A stretch of 63,784 nucleotides of DNA, counting the filler, from Octopus bimaculoides (lineage: Eukaryota): assembly GCF_001194135.2 (NCBI RefSeq). It is 6 parts of 5 records of this genome, joined end to end, with 100 filler letters (N's around TTAATTAATTAA, not from the genome) between each part and the next. Parts side by side here need not be neighbours in the genome. Positions count along the whole stretch, not along the records: positions 19,491 to 41,794 come from NC_068987.1; 5 more parts are not named here. One strand, 5' to 3'. Positions 21,561 to 35,273 of this stretch are shown one piece after another (the first letter of the stretch is position 1; each line of letters opens with the position of its first letter). Below the pieces are notes generated by a model. That model did no database searches, had not been told where the DNA came from, and was given only the letters and a program-made list of their open reading frames with translations. The translations under genes and the position numbers were made by a program.

Positions 21561-24500
21561 GTATAAAAGAAACCTTGAGACCTCAATTACATCAAGGTTT
21601 TTTGAAAGTTGTTCGAGGTTAGCCATTTTGTATCTAAAGATGGACTAGAAAGCTAGCCTCTTAAATCACATCTTTCGCTATGTCCTGTTATCTTGATTTG
21701 TGGCCTCCTCAGTTAATTTTATTTTTAATGGCAGCTGTTCTTGGAACCATCATTATATTAAAACGTTTCTGTCTGTAAATATTTTATTTTTAGCATGTTT
21801 AGATTTTTTCTTTATTATTGTTTTGATATTTTATAGTCTTTAAGTGTTGTTTCAGAAATATTTTGTTTTGGTTTTTCTTCGAATAGGTAAACTCTTATTC
21901 ACTAATATTAATTTCATTCACTTTTGTTTTCTATGATACATACATGTTGGTCTATTTTGAGTAAAATAATAAATGAGGAACTATTTTGGCAAAGAGAAAT
22001 TATTGAAATTAGTCATGGCTCATTTTACTTCATCTTCGACATTTTTTTTTTTTTTTTTGAAAGCCGAAAATTATCAAATTAGACAGTGTGAGAATGAAAT
22101 TGACTTGGAATCCAACAGAGAAAAGAATATTGTTAAACACCTAAAATCCTCCAGATATTTTATTAGCAACCTCAATTACAATCGGGTCGAAGTTGCTGAA
22201 AAAAATTTGGAAAAAGTACCTGTCCTCTAACTCTGCTCGAACCTCCTAACTTTAACTATGCTGCCAGTTTTTACTTCTAAAGATGATNNNNNNNNNNNNN
22301 NNNNNNNNNNNNNNNNNNNNNNNNNNNNNNNNNNNNNNNNNNNNNNNNNNNNNNNNNNNNNNNNNNNNNNNNNNNNNNNNNNNNNNNNNNNNNNNNNNNN
22401 NNNNNNNNNNNNNNNNNNNNNNNNNNNNNNNNNNNNNNNNNNNNNNNNNNNNNNNNNNNNNNNNNNNNNNNNNNNNNNNNNNNNNNNNNNNNNNNNNNNN
22501 NNNNNNNNNNNNNNNNNNNNNNNNNNNNNNNNNNNNNNNNNNNNNNNNNNNNNNNNNNNNNNNNNNNNNNNNNNNNNNNNNNNNNNNNNNNNNNNNNNNN
22601 NNNNNNNNNNNNNNNNNNNNNNNNNNNNNNNNNNNNNNNNNNNNNNNNNNNNNNNNNNNNNNNNNNNNNNNNNNNNNNNNNNNNNNNNNNNNNNNNNNNN
22701 NNNNNNNNNNNNNNNNNNNNNNNNNNNNNNNNNNNNNNNNNNNNNNNNNNNNNNNNNNNNNNNNNNNNNNNNNNNNNNNNNNNNNNNNNNNACACATTCT
22801 ACCAGTATACGAAATTTGAAAGTGTTTAGTTACAAAAAATTATTTTTTCTATGTGCAGGCCAAAAGGAAAAGATCCTTTCTTTTCTTTTTTTTTTTTTTA
22901 GCCCGTTAGATATCTACTGACCCTTCGTAGGATCCCATCGCCTACAAACACCCTTTTAAGCTATATGCTTTCCATTTCGTTTGTCTAAGATGGAACTTAA
23001 GAACATACATAATTGTTTCATCGCTATTACAACGCCATTCTGTTGTGGCTATTGTATCAAGCAATACTTAGCTGATTAAATATATTTAATGTACAATTAC
23101 ATAATTTATTCTCTAATAATATTTGAAACGTTTCTTTCGGAAAAGAAAAAGAAACGTAAAAGAAATAATGTTCGATGACGTTTTGTGAACGAACGTTTTC
23201 GACAAGTTTATCTCATAGTGTGAAGTGCTTTCGTATGTTCTGACAATAAAATAGCTAAGATCTTGAATAAGATGGAATTTCTTGATTTTTCTATATTTGT
23301 CTTCATTTTAAAATCTACAGCATACTAAAACAGAAGCGTTCACCCACCACGACTTTTATTTCCCCGATAACTTAAAGAAAAACGAACTTCTGTTTTACTG
23401 AAATATTTTACCAGTATCTCTCAGATAGTATAGATGCCAATTATATCAGTATTTATGATTTTTTTTTTTTTTTTCTTTTTTGAGGGATGATTATTTCAGA
23501 TAATGCACAAGACCGCATTATTTCCTTACAAATTTCAGAAAAATGGTTTTAGTGAAATTTTCTCCATATGCTTTTTAGATAGTGCAGNNNNNNNNNNNNN
23601 NNNNNNNNNNNNNNNNNNNNNNNNNNNNNNNNNNNNNNNNNNNNNNNNNNNNNNNNNNNNNNNNNNNNNNNNNNNNNNNNNNNNNNNNNNNNNNNNNNNN
23701 NNNNNNNNNNNNNNNNNNNNNNNNNNNNNNNNNNNNNNNNNNNNNNNNNNNNNNNNNNNNNNNNNNNNNNNNNNNNNNNNNNNNNNNNNNNNNNNNNNNN
23801 NNNNNNNNNNNNNNNNNNNNNNNNNNNNNNNNNNNNNNNNNNNNNNNNNNNNNNNNNNNNNNNNNNNNNNNNNNNNNNNNNNNNNNNNNNNNNNNNNNNN
23901 NNNNNNNNNNNNNNNNNNNNNNNNNNNNNNNNNNNNNNNNNNNNNNNNNNNNNNNNNNNNNNNNNNNNNNNNNNNNNNNNNNNNNNNNNNNNNNNNNNNN
24001 NNNNNNNNNNNNNNNNNNNNNNNNNNNNNNNNNNNNNNNNNNNNNNNNNNNNNNNNNNNNNNNNNNNNNNNNNNNNNNNNNNNNNNNNNNNNNNNNNNNN
24101 NNNNNNNNNNNNNNNNNNNNNNNNNNNNNNNNNNNNNNNNNNNNNNNNNNNNNNNNNNNNNNNNNNNNNNNNNNNNNNNNNNNNNNNNNNNNNNNNNNNN
24201 NNNNNNNNNNNNNNNNNNNNNNNNNNNNNNNNNNNNNNNNNNNNNNNNNNNNNNNNNNNNNNNNNNNNNNNNNNNNNNNNNNNNNNNNNNNNNNNNNNNN
24301 NNNNNNNNNNNNNNNNNNNNNNNNNNNNNNNNNNNNNNNNNNNNNNNNNNNNNNNNNNNNNNNNNNNNNNNNNNNNNNNNNNNNNNNNNNNNNNNNNNNN
24401 NNNNNNNNNNNNNNNNNNNNNNNNNNNNNNNNNNNNNNNNNNNNNNNNNNNNNNNNNNNNNNNNNNNNNNNNNNNNNNNNNNNNNNNNNNNNNNNNNNNN

Positions 24501-24584
24501 NNNNNNNNNNNNNNNNNNNNNNNNNNNNNNNNNNNNNNNNNNNNNNNNNNNNNNNNNNNNNNNNNNNNNNNNNNNNNNNNNNCA

Positions 24585-25312
24585 TTGTCAAAAGACCCTG
24601 GGAGCAATCGACACATTTCTGCTTCTGAAAAGGAGTGAGCATCCAGAGAATCCATCGTGCAGACAACTTCTGCATGTGCAAATGGTCATGAATGATTTTT
24701 TTCCACGGACCCTGCACTTCACTTCATGGGCTAGTGGCCAAATAGTTATGTGGTGATCCTCCAAAATACCGACTTCCACTTTATGGATGGTGTCGTCATC
24801 GATGGTGGAATGTGCTCGTCCAGGAACAGAAGCAGTTTCCATGATGTCCGACTACATTTGAACTGGCGATGCCAGTGCTTGACTACGTCGTATGATGGTT
24901 CATTGTCACCATAATCTTTCATCTCATTGAAAATCTCTTTTGGTTCACAACCTTTCAAGTATAAGAACCTGATCACTGATCTGTGTTCAACTGCCCTCAT
25001 TATAACACCCTAGTCCACTTCAGCAGCCGTAAAAAACAAACGAATATTAGTGGAAAGCTGCAATCTACAATGTGACATGTAGAAACGTATATGATTGTCT
25101 GTGCAAGTGCCATTTCCTGCAATAATCGGAAGTGGATCAGAGGAAATATTTAATGAATACCCCCCCCCTCATATAATATCCCTCATTCTGGAATATTTTT
25201 TTTCAAAAATCTGTTTTCCAAATTTTTTTAATCCCCTACCCCTGCATGCCATACGGCACAATTTAAATGACATTTAGCTGCGACTGGTTACTGGACCTGT
25301 GACTTAATCAAG
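24585..25312 (-). mobile_element. Mariner element, 5' part (rest lost in gap 23588-24583)
   Basis: MRAVEHRSVIRFLYLKG..PKEIFNEM...YDVVKHWHRQFK and HLHMQKLSARWI. Probable TIR ending at TA 25313-14. Confidence 0.83.
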
Positions 25313-25991
25313 TAGATGTGTGGGGGGAAAACTTCGAATTTTGAAAGAAAGTATAACTTCGGTTTGAAATGGTAAAAAGAACTTTCATNNNNNNNNNNTT
25401 TCTTTCTTAGGGGTAGGGAATCTGGTTGAGAAATATTAAAAGCCAAAATTGAAGGATAAGCAGGCGATTGCGAGTATCCTGATGTTTTGGTGTGAAGATG
25501 ATTCATCTACAATTTTGTTGTCTAGGAAATGAAGGAATGGCATGTAAATTTAATCTCATAGGAGAAACATAGATTTTTTTTTTTTTTTTTTTTTTTTAAT
25601 ACTCATTTTCAGCCTAGACAAACAGGCTGCAATATCAATATCCCCATTTGAGCCAGATACTGATCTGTGATGTACACAACCTACAATTACACAGAAGTGA
25701 CTGTCACATCTTTGCTCACTGACTTCAATTGTGGACATCAAGAAATAATTTTCTATTCATATCTATTGTGTGAACCTTGGAACTATTTATTTGTGCTGAT
25801 TTGTACATTTATAACTGAGATTTATCACCTGTTCACCAGGACATCTGTCTGTGCTGGTCATTATGACCTGTTCACTACTTTCACCTAACGTATGAAGATT
25901 TTGAGGCACATGGTTGCTACAAGATTATCATAGCTAAGGGCACTCTCTAATTGTGTGTGTGTATATGAGAATACAAGGATTGTGTATAAAT

Positions 25992-26023
<32 letters not shown>

Positions 26024-26569
26024 NNNNNNNNNNNNNNNNNNNNNNNNNNNNNNNNNNNNNNNNNNNNNNNNNNNNNNNNNNNNNNNNNNNNNNNNNNNNN
26101 NNNNNNNNNNNNNNNNNNNNNNNNNNNNNNNNNNNNNNNNNNNNNNNNNNNNNNNNNNNNNNNNNNNNNNNNNNNNNNNNNNNNNNNNNNNNNNNNNNNN
26201 NNNNNNNNNNNNNNNNNNNNNNNNNNNNNNNNNNNNNNNNNNNNNNNNNNNNNNNNNNNNNNNNNNNNNNNNNNNNNNNNNNNNNNNNNNNNNNNNNNNN
26301 NNNNNNNNNNNNNNNNNNNNNNNNNNNNNNNNNNNNNNNNNNNNNNNNNNNNNNNNNNNNNNNNNNNNNNNNNNNNNNNNNNNNNNNNNNNNNNNNNNNN
26401 NNNNNNNNNNNNNNNNNNNNNNNNNNNNNNNNNNNNNNNNNNNNNNNNNNNNNNNNNNNNNNNNNNNNNNNNNNNNNNNNNNATATATATATATATAGGA
26501 GCATTGCAGGGTTTGTAGTTTAACTTTGAATTTAAGAACCGGAGTAATATTTAGATTTATAATAATCCT

Positions 26570-26805
26570 TTCTACTATTGGCACATGGCCTGGAATTTTT
26601 TTTTTTTAGGGGAGTGGGCTAGTCAATTACATCAATCACAGTGCTTGACTGGTACATTATTGACCCCAAAAGGATGAAAGGGCTACTTTATTGACCGTGA
26701 AAGGCAAAGTCAGCCTCACTAAAATTGGGACACATCGCAAAAACAGATGAAATGCTGCTAATCATTTTGTCCAGCATGCTAACAATTCTGCCAGCTTGCT
26801 GCTCT
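26570..26805 (-). mobile_element. tRNA-derived SINE family B (Nin/Deu-domain-like), degenerate
   Basis: Reverse complement of the 47813/48091/57732 copies (AGCTGGCAGAATTGTTAGCATG head; GACTTTGCCTTTCA core). Other decayed copies near 6185-6260, 33885-34030, 35340-35720, 36300-36420, 38960-39110 and 48650-48770. Confidence 0.7.
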
Positions 26806-27213
26806 ATTTATGATGGATAATTTGATGACTGAAGCAATGGTTTCGATTTCTAATTTCCTGAGACTTATAATTAATATTGTTTGGTTGAGCAGATCCATTA
26901 TATAGGGCATGCTAATAGAATATTCTAAAAATATCTTGTCTTTTTAATTTGACACTGTGGTTAAAAAGTTGCCTTGTTAAAGCATTTAACTGTTAACTCA
27001 TTGAGTCTAAGATCAAACCATTCCAGACAAATTTCCTGTTTACTGTGTTTCATCTTATTGTTTAGGAGTTCATACCATTTCTTCTGGGATTTTTACTAAA
27101 GTACTATTAAAAGGTGATTTGCTTCTTTTGTCAGTTTAACACCATGAATCTAAATCTTATGATTAGTCTTAAAAGCTATCACAGCTTTAGATTGTTATAT
27201 TTTGCTATTGCAG

Positions 27214-27368
27214 ATGATGTCACACACTTTTGATGAAGAGTTTGAATTAAGTTTAAAGAATGTAAATCAGAGATTCATTTGTCCCATCTGTTTAGCTTTG
27301 ATGTCGAAACCAATGCAGACAAAATGTGGCCATCGTTTCTGTAAGAAATGTATTTTTGGTGTTATTGC
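27214..27368 (+). CDS. TRAF6: TRAF6-like gene, first visible coding exon (RING finger N-part)
   Basis: TTGCAG|ATG acceptor and GC|GTAAG donor (phase 2). Encodes MMSHTFDEEFELSLKNVNQRFICPICLALMSKPMQTKCGHRFCKKCIFGVI(A), which aligns with TRAF6 [25 protein letters not shown]. Confidence 0.9.
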
Positions 27369-27679
27369 GTAAGGATCAAATTTCTATTTTATATTTATAG
27401 TTTAATAGAAAGCATACTAGTTGAAAAGTTAATGTTGCTGGATTACTGGATACACAGTTGTGAGTTCAAACCATACTATAAACACTGATTTGTGCTCTTG
27501 AAAAAAAGTCACGACTCCCAGATAAGCAAAGTAAGTTTTTCTTTCCAGTGTTTTAAAGCTGAATAATTAGCAGTAGGAAGTGCATCCAGCCTATTTTGTT
27601 GTATATGATTATTTCCTATGCTGACATAAATGAAAATACTGGAATTTGGAAGAATAATCTGTGAAGTGTAATTTTTACT

Positions 27680-30600
27680 CCTCATCGTTTAACATCTGCT
27701 TTCCATGCTAGCATGGGTTGGATGGTTTGACTGAGAACTGGAAGGCTGGGACACTGCACCAGGCTCCAGTCTGATTTAGCAAAGTTTCTACAGCTAGATG
27801 CCTTTCCTAACACCAACCACTCTGAGTGTAGTGAGGGCTTTTAATGTGCCACTGGCATGAGAGCCAGCCAATCAGGTGCCACTGGCATCGGCCATGCTCA
27901 AATGGTGCTTTTTATGTGCCAATCAGGCGGCACTGGCATCGGCCATGCTCAAGTGGTGTTTTTTACATGCCACAGGCATGGGTGCCAGTCAGGCGGCACT
28001 GCATTGGCCATGACTACAATTTGTGAATCGATTCAACAGGTCTTCACAAGCATAGCATATTGGCCAATGATTGTAGGGTGCTTTTAAATGGGCCAGTTAT
28101 GCAACACTGGCATTGACCATGATTACAATCTCACTTGGATTTCCAGGTCTTCTCAAAAACAGCATATCTCCAAAGGTCTCGGTCGCTTTTCATTGCCTCT
28201 GTGAGGCCCAAAGTTTGAAGGTCGTGCTTCACTGCCTCATCCCATGTCTTCCTGAGTCTACTTCCATTGGTTCCCTCCATTGTTAGGGCATGACACTTCT
28301 TCACACAGCTGTCCTCATCCATACACATTACATGATCATACCAGCACAGTCGTCTCTCTTGCACACTACATTTGATACTTATGTCCAACTTTTCTCTCAG
28401 GGTGCCTACTGTCATGAATGCACACTGACATTACACATCCAGCAGAGCATTCTAGCTTCATTTCTTTCAAGCCTATGCATGTCATCAACAGTCACAGCCC
28501 ATCTTTCACTACTGTGTAACATAGCTGTTCAAACACGGGCATCATACAGTCTACCCTTCACTCTGAGCAAGAGGCCCTTTGTTACCAGCAGAGGTAGGAG
28601 CTCTCTGAACTTTACCCAGCCTATTCTTATTCTAGCAGCTACACTACCAGAGCTTCCTCCCCTGCTACTGACTTGGTCACCTAGGTAATGGGAGCTTCTA
28701 GTTTTTCCCTTGGCATGTGATGGAATGTTTCCCGTACATTTTGGGGTTTATTTCACCTGTGCATCTTCTACACATGCAAACTATCTTCCCAGTTAACCTT
28801 CCTTTGATATTGCTGCATCTCTTATGGGTTCATTGCTTACACCAGATACATCTTATGGAATTTCTACCTACGCCTTTTCTACCAGGATTTGTGATTTGTC
28901 TGCCTTCCTACTTATTATGACTTTGGTTTTTGCTAGGTTAACTTTAAGGTCCTTCGATTCTAGACCTTGCTTCTACACCTGAAACTTTTAGTTCTGGTAG
29001 TGACTCAAGTATTAGAGCAAAGTTATCAATATTGAGGAGCTCCCAGGTGCAGCCTGTCTTGAATTCCTCTATCATTGCCTGGAGGACTATGATGAACAAG
29101 AGGGGACTGAACACTGATCTTTGAACCTCTACTTGTACCCTGAATTATTCACTCTACTCATTGCCAACCCTCACCTTACTAACAACATCCCTGTACATGG
29201 CTTGTGCAGCTCTCACCAAACACTCATGTATTTCTAGTTTCTGCATTGCCTACCAGATAAGGGATCAAGGGACCCTGTCAAAGGCTTTCTCCATGTCGAC
29301 AAAAGCCAAGTACAGAGGTTTATCTTTGGCTAGGAATTTCTCCTGCAACTGTCTTACCAGAAATATATCATCAGTGGTGCTTCTCCCTTGCACAAATCCA
29401 AACTGCATCTCACCTAAACTAACTCTCTTCCTAATTAGTTAGGCTATGACCCTCTCCGTGATTTTTATCGCCTGAACCAACAATTTGATATCTCTGTAAT
29501 TCTATCTAACGTGTCACCTTTACCTTTGTAGCAGTTGACTATGGTGCTGCTACACCAGTCATTGGGTACGACTCCTTCATGTATCACCTGGTTAACTATA
29601 GGGGTGATTAGACTATAGCCTACACTGCCAGATATTTTAAGCATCTCAGTGATGATTTATGATGAGCTGGGGGCTTTTCCTGTTATCATACCCTTAATTG
29701 CTTTATCTACCAAGCTACTGTCAGTTCAGATAGCTGGTCCCTCTGTTGGGTTGACATTCGGCAGACTCTCTTTCTCCCATTCATTTTCTTCATTTAACAA
29801 CCTTTCATAGTGGTGTCTCCAAGTCTCTTTCTTTGCAGCCTCGTTAAATGCAAGTAAGCCATCATCTATTGTGGACTCATTTCTCTCCTATGTCATCACG
29901 ATTTTTTCTCACACACTATCTTGCAATTCAAAACACTTAGTTTCTGGTCCTCATGACACAGAACAATGGCAAATTTCTTATCTGTTTCCCCTCTGGCTAA
30001 ATAAACCTGTCTCCTAGCTTCCCTTCTGGCTATCTGATACAGTTCCCTGCTACAACCACACTTCCAGTCCTTCCATGTCTGTTTCTTTTTCTTAATGGCC
30101 CTGTCAACTGCATTGTTCCACCACTATGTCACCTTGGGTTGAGAGGGAACTTTGCACCAACCACAGATCTGGTCAGTAGCCCTGAACAGGTTGTCCCATA
30201 GGGACCTCCAGTTGTCCTCCACATTTTGATGTTATATCCTCCTTTTGTTTGTCAAAAGCTTCAAGTGATACGTCTCTAACTCTGTCCATTCAGAGGGTCC
30301 TTAAACTTCCAGACCCTTTTTTTCCATGCTGGTCATCTTCTGAGCAGCCATTTAACCCTGATCCTGAAGTTGCTAACTGCTAACCTATGTTGAAGGGTGC
30401 ATTCTTCAGCTGGGAAAATTTTGACATTTATAAGTAACCATCTTTCTCATTTCCTGGCGAGAATGTAGTCAATCTGACTAGTGTACCCACCGGACTGGTA
30501 CCTGAACAGGTGACTGGCAGGCTTCTTAGTATTACAAATCATAAGATCATTTGCATCACAGAACTCCAGTAGCCTGGTTCCTTCCTCATTGCAGGAACCA

Positions 30601-31250
30601 AATTCGTTGCCACCATGCGCACCATGAAAGTTCCCTGGATCTTGTCCAGCATGCCCTTTGAAGTCGCCAACCACAAAGAGAAGGTCCCTGTCATTCATCA
30701 ACAAGGTAGTCTGCAAGAGGGTGTCATAATTCTTTCTGTTCATCAGGTAGCCCTGGCTGATGGGCATAGACCAAGATAATGGTTGGTATCCCATGTTGCA
30801 GCGCTAGTCTAAGCTTAAGTATTCTATCACACACACTGATTACCTTAATTACCTTATCAATCCATTTCTCAACAAGGAGTACACCCACGCCTCCAACCCT
30901 GTCACTGCTCCCTACCCAGAAAATCCTATGCCTATTTTCTTTGTTTGTGAGGAACCTAGCAGAACTTCCTTTCCACTTTACCTCCTGGATGCAACACAAA
31001 TCTAAACACCTCTGTTAAGCATTTCAATAATCTCACCAGACCTACCTTTCAATGTGCCAACTCTTAGGTCACGAAAGGTGTGGGCTAGTGAGACCCTGGG
31101 ATGGGGGACAGCAGCATTATGCATCTGAAAAGAAAGCTCGCATGTGCGTTTGACAGACATCGTAAACATGCAAATAGGCTTCAACCTGCATACACTTCAC
31201 CATCATTATATTTGCTTCATAATCACTGCATTTAACAGGAGATAGACACT
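27680..31250 (-). mobile_element. RTE-clade LINE, near full length, degenerate, antisense in the TRAF6-like intron
   Basis: APE endonuclease (LRVGTLKGRSGE, CCIQEVKWKG, VVGDFKGH, SQIDYIL), RT (FVDMEKAFDRVP, GSVFSPLLFI), C-terminal RRLCWYDHVM...RKTWDE and the tandem-repeat 3' UTR. Confidence 0.92.
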
Positions 31251-31734
31251 AGATAGGGATGGAGGGGAAGCATTCTATATAGCTAACTGATAGAGGTGCT
31301 TAGGAGAATGACTTCCGGTACAGTTGGAAGGGTTGGGAGGGTACACCACAGAACAACAAAACATTGTAATTACCCTATCCCCTAGCTGAAGCTGAGGAAG
31401 CATGGATACAAAGTGAAAGCCACTAATTAACAATCAGCATGGTAAAGCAAGTGAGTAACAAACTGGGAGAGGGGTGAAATTTTCAAGAATTAGGGCTACA
31501 GTCAAGGAAAGAGTGGAACTTTTGTATAAGATAGTGGGTAACAGACAAACAAATGAAGAGATGGGATTTTCGAGATTCAGAGCAAGAGTAAACAGAATTG
31601 AACAACTGGATTTCATAACTTTGCTATAACACAGAATAAGCAAAACTTTGTGGTTAAATAGATAACTAAACAAGTTATGATAATAATAATTAGTATTCTA
31701 AAAGGCATTCTAAAGAAATGTCTGTCTGGAATTT

Positions 31735-31950
31735 ATTCTTTTACTTGTTTCAGTCATTTGACTGCAGCCATGCTGGAGCACTGCTTTGAAGGGTTTTAGT
31801 TGAACAAATCAACCCCAGGACTTATTTTTTAAGCTTAGTACTTATTCTATCAGTCTGTTTTGCCAAACTGCCAAGTTACGGGGATGCAAACACACCAACA
31901 CTGGTTGTCAGGCAGTGATGGGGGACACAGACACATGCACACATATATAT
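31735..31950 (-). mobile_element. SINE family A, 3' portion
   Basis: Matches 3801-4010. Confidence 0.8.
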
Positions 31951-32047
31951 AAAGTTAGAAGAGTTAGAGGTTGGGATAACTGTCTAAGGGATAAAAGTAT
32001 CCCTTATACTACCGGTATGATTACCTATGTTAACCCTGGACATACAT

Positions 32048-33278
32048 ATCTCCACTAGGTCGTCCCATAGGACGCCCCAAGACTGTTTCCACGTTTTCCC
32101 CATTCATCTCGATCTTCCATAATGGTCCTCAGCTCCTGTACCCCTTCCATACCAGTATCCTCCAACAAGCTGTTGATATAGGTCGTCTTCCTCCTTCCTT
32201 TCTTGGTTCTCTCTTCTGTTGGTTGCCAGAGCACTAGCTTGTTATCAATTTCATCTGTGTATCTGATGCAGTGTCCAGCTAGCCTCAACCTTCTATGCTG
32301 TATCTTCAATGTTACTTTTGGTAGTCTCTGGTATAAGTTGGTGTTTGTTGTATGCCTCTTTCAGGAGACATTGCATACCATTCTAAGCATCCTTGGAACC
32401 GTCCAACTGATTCTACAATGCTTTAGTGAGCATCCATGTTTCAAGAAATAGAAAGCGCTACAAGTAACCTGAAAGCAGGAAAACAAACTGGTCCTGACAA
32501 CATCCCACCAGAAGTACTAAAAAGATGCGATTTAGACATCATCCTTGAATTTGCAAACAAACTACTAAATGACAATGAGAAGCCAGAACAATGGTCTGAG
32601 ATAGAATTGCTACCACTGCCTAAAACTGGAGACCTAAATGATACTTGGAATTATAGAAGAATCAGTCTGTCATCCATTGTTGCAAAAATGGTCAACAAGA
32701 TGATACTTAACCAAATACAACCTAAGATAGATAAACAATTGCAACCAAGTCAAAATGGATTCAGATCAGGACAGTCAACAACATCTCACATTATCGAACC
32801 TAGAAGATTGACAGAAGGAGTTAAGAGCCATAACAGGAATGCCATCATTATCTATGTAGACTTTAAAACAGGCTTTTGATTCAATACATAGAGGAATGAT
32901 GATGAAGATACTTAGGCATCAAGTGGTAATAGTAACTGACCTAGATTATGCTGATGACCTGGCATTACTAACAGAGAGGATAGATCAAGCACCTGAGGTG
33001 CTGAGCAGATTAGAACAGGAATCGGGGAAGGTAGGATTGTACTGTAATGCAAACAAAACAGAACTTCAACCACAAAATGCCTGTGTCAGTGAAAGTGAGA
33101 GATGGTAAGATACTGACGGTAGTTGAAAATTTCAAATACCTTGGTGCATGGACACATAGTACTGAAAAAGACATTGTAGCAAGGAAAGCTCTTGCCTGGA
33201 GCACATGCCATAAATTGAGAAAGGTACAGAGTTCAAAGTTAGCAAGGAAATTGAAAGCGAGGTTGTTTCTGGGAATAG
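32048..33278 (-). mobile_element. RTE-like LINE insertion with 5' inversion and 11-bp TSD
   Basis: 3' part on minus (32440 to 32048: ETWMLTK...RRLRLAGHC...). RT part inverted on plus (32441-33278: GPDNIPPE, DLDYADDLALL, FKYLG, ...RLFL). TGGACATACAT at 32037-32047 and 33279-33289. Confidence 0.9.
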
Positions 33279-34039
33279 TGGACATACATCTGCAAGCATA
33301 TTATGCTCATAGATTGCAGCTAATGACAAAGATAAGCATGAATTTATCAGGAATCAAATTTAAAGTAAGCTGTTTGTGCTTCCATATAACATTGGAAGCA
33401 GAAACAGCTGTTAGATGGGATGCAGTCTGTATTGAATTAAAAAATAAGTCAATTGTTGTTGATCAATATTTCTCTATTTTCTGTTTACTTTAAATTATAT
33501 ATATGATAGACTTCTTTCAGTTTCCATCTACCATATTCACTCACATGACTTTTGTTGGCCCGAGACTACAGTAGAAGACACTTGCCCAAGGTGCTGTACA
33601 GTGGGACTGAAACCAGAAATAGGTGGTTGAGAAACAAGCTTCTTGCCTCACCTGCACTTACACATATATTGCATGTAATTTATATTATTCAAGAGATGCA
33701 ACATTATGGATTTCTAAAAGTGATACAAGGCCACCTATTTTGGAGATTCGCCATAGTTGATTATATAGACTCCAACACTTTCTTTATTGGCTCGGGAAGG
33801 ATGAAGTACATATTTGACTTCATTTCAGAATATAAAGGAAAGTAGCTAAATATGCAAATCATTGTCTGACACTTTGTAATTTTGTCTACAGTTTTATAAG
33901 TGGTTTCTGATTTCAGTACAAGGCCAGCAATTTTGAGGGGAGGGGTTATAATTCCACCCCACCCCACCCTCTACCAGTACTCTACTGGTATTTCATTGAC
34001 ACCAGAGGGATGAGAGGAAAAGTTGACCTCAATGTAAGA

Positions 34040-35273
34040 AACCAGATTTGTTCTGTAGTGTTCCAACAGATGGCAGCACATGGTTGCGTGTGCAGTGACA
34101 GCTAGCAGTGACCTTCATGAGGCGGTGTGTCGAGTGATATTGCTGTGTTTACTTTGTAACATGTGAAATTTGTGATCACATGTAAGCTGTAGTCTGTTAT
34201 TTTTGTCATGGACAGAAAGTTAGAGCAAAGAGCCAACGTGAAATTTTGCATTCAACTTGGGAAGTCTGCTACAAAGACATTGAACATGCTTCAGTAAGCT
34301 TACAGCAACAAAGCAATGGATCATATGGAATGTTTCAAGTGGCACAGGCACTTCAAAAGCAGAAGAACGTCCCTGGAAGACTTGTCATGAGCATCACCCC
34401 TGGAAATGGGGAGAAAATTCATCAGCTCGTGAATGAGGATCATCAGATGACAATCAATGACATTGCTGATGTTACTGGTCTGTTGTATGGATCCTTGCAT
34501 GCAATCTTAACATCTGAATTGAGCATGTGGCTTGTCTCTGCTGAGTTTGTCCCCCACCTGCTGACCACTGAGTAGAAAGAGCATTGCATTGGCGTCTGTC
34601 AAGACCTCCATCAGTATGACACTGATAACCCATCCTTCATGTCGAGGATCATCACCATGGGAGCAGCATTCACCATGGGAGAGCCTTTCATCTTCTTGAA
34701 AAGAAAGCACAACAGAGCTGCAGCTCAATCACGAGCATGCTCATCGTTTTTTTTTTTTTTTCTGACATCCATAGTATTTTGCATTGAGAATTTATCCCCC
34801 AGGGCTAGATCATCATTCAAGATTTCTACAGTGACATTTTGAAGCATTTGAGGGAGGACATTAGGCAAAAGCAACTGGATTTGTGGAATGCAAAGAATTG
34901 GATTCTTCATGACAACACACCCTGTCACCAAGCTTTCTTCACACAGGAGTTTCTCACGAAAATCATGGTATCACTTCCACACCCACTCTATTCACCAGAT
35001 CTAGCCCCTGTGGACTTCCATTTCTTCCTCAAGATAAAAATGCAGCTCAAGGGTCACTGTTTTAACACCATTGTCGAAATCCAGAGTGAATTGCAGAAGG
35101 TCCTTGACTTGCTTATGGAAAATGATCTCCAGGCCAGATTCGAAAAGTATCAGGAAGGTGGGGACTAGTGTATTGTTGCACAAGGTGACTATTTTGAAGG
35201 AGATGTTAAAACTTAGGTAAAGTTATTTTTTATTTAACATAACTAATCTGGGGAACTTTTTGAAACCACCTCT
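34040..35273 (+). mobile_element. Mariner (D,D34D) transposase pseudogene with right TIR
   Basis: MDRKLEQRANVKF... from 34208, WILHDNTPCH and HPLYSPDLAPVDFHFF. Right TIR ...GGAACTTTTTGAAACCACCTCT|TA; left TIR not seen. Confidence 0.9.
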
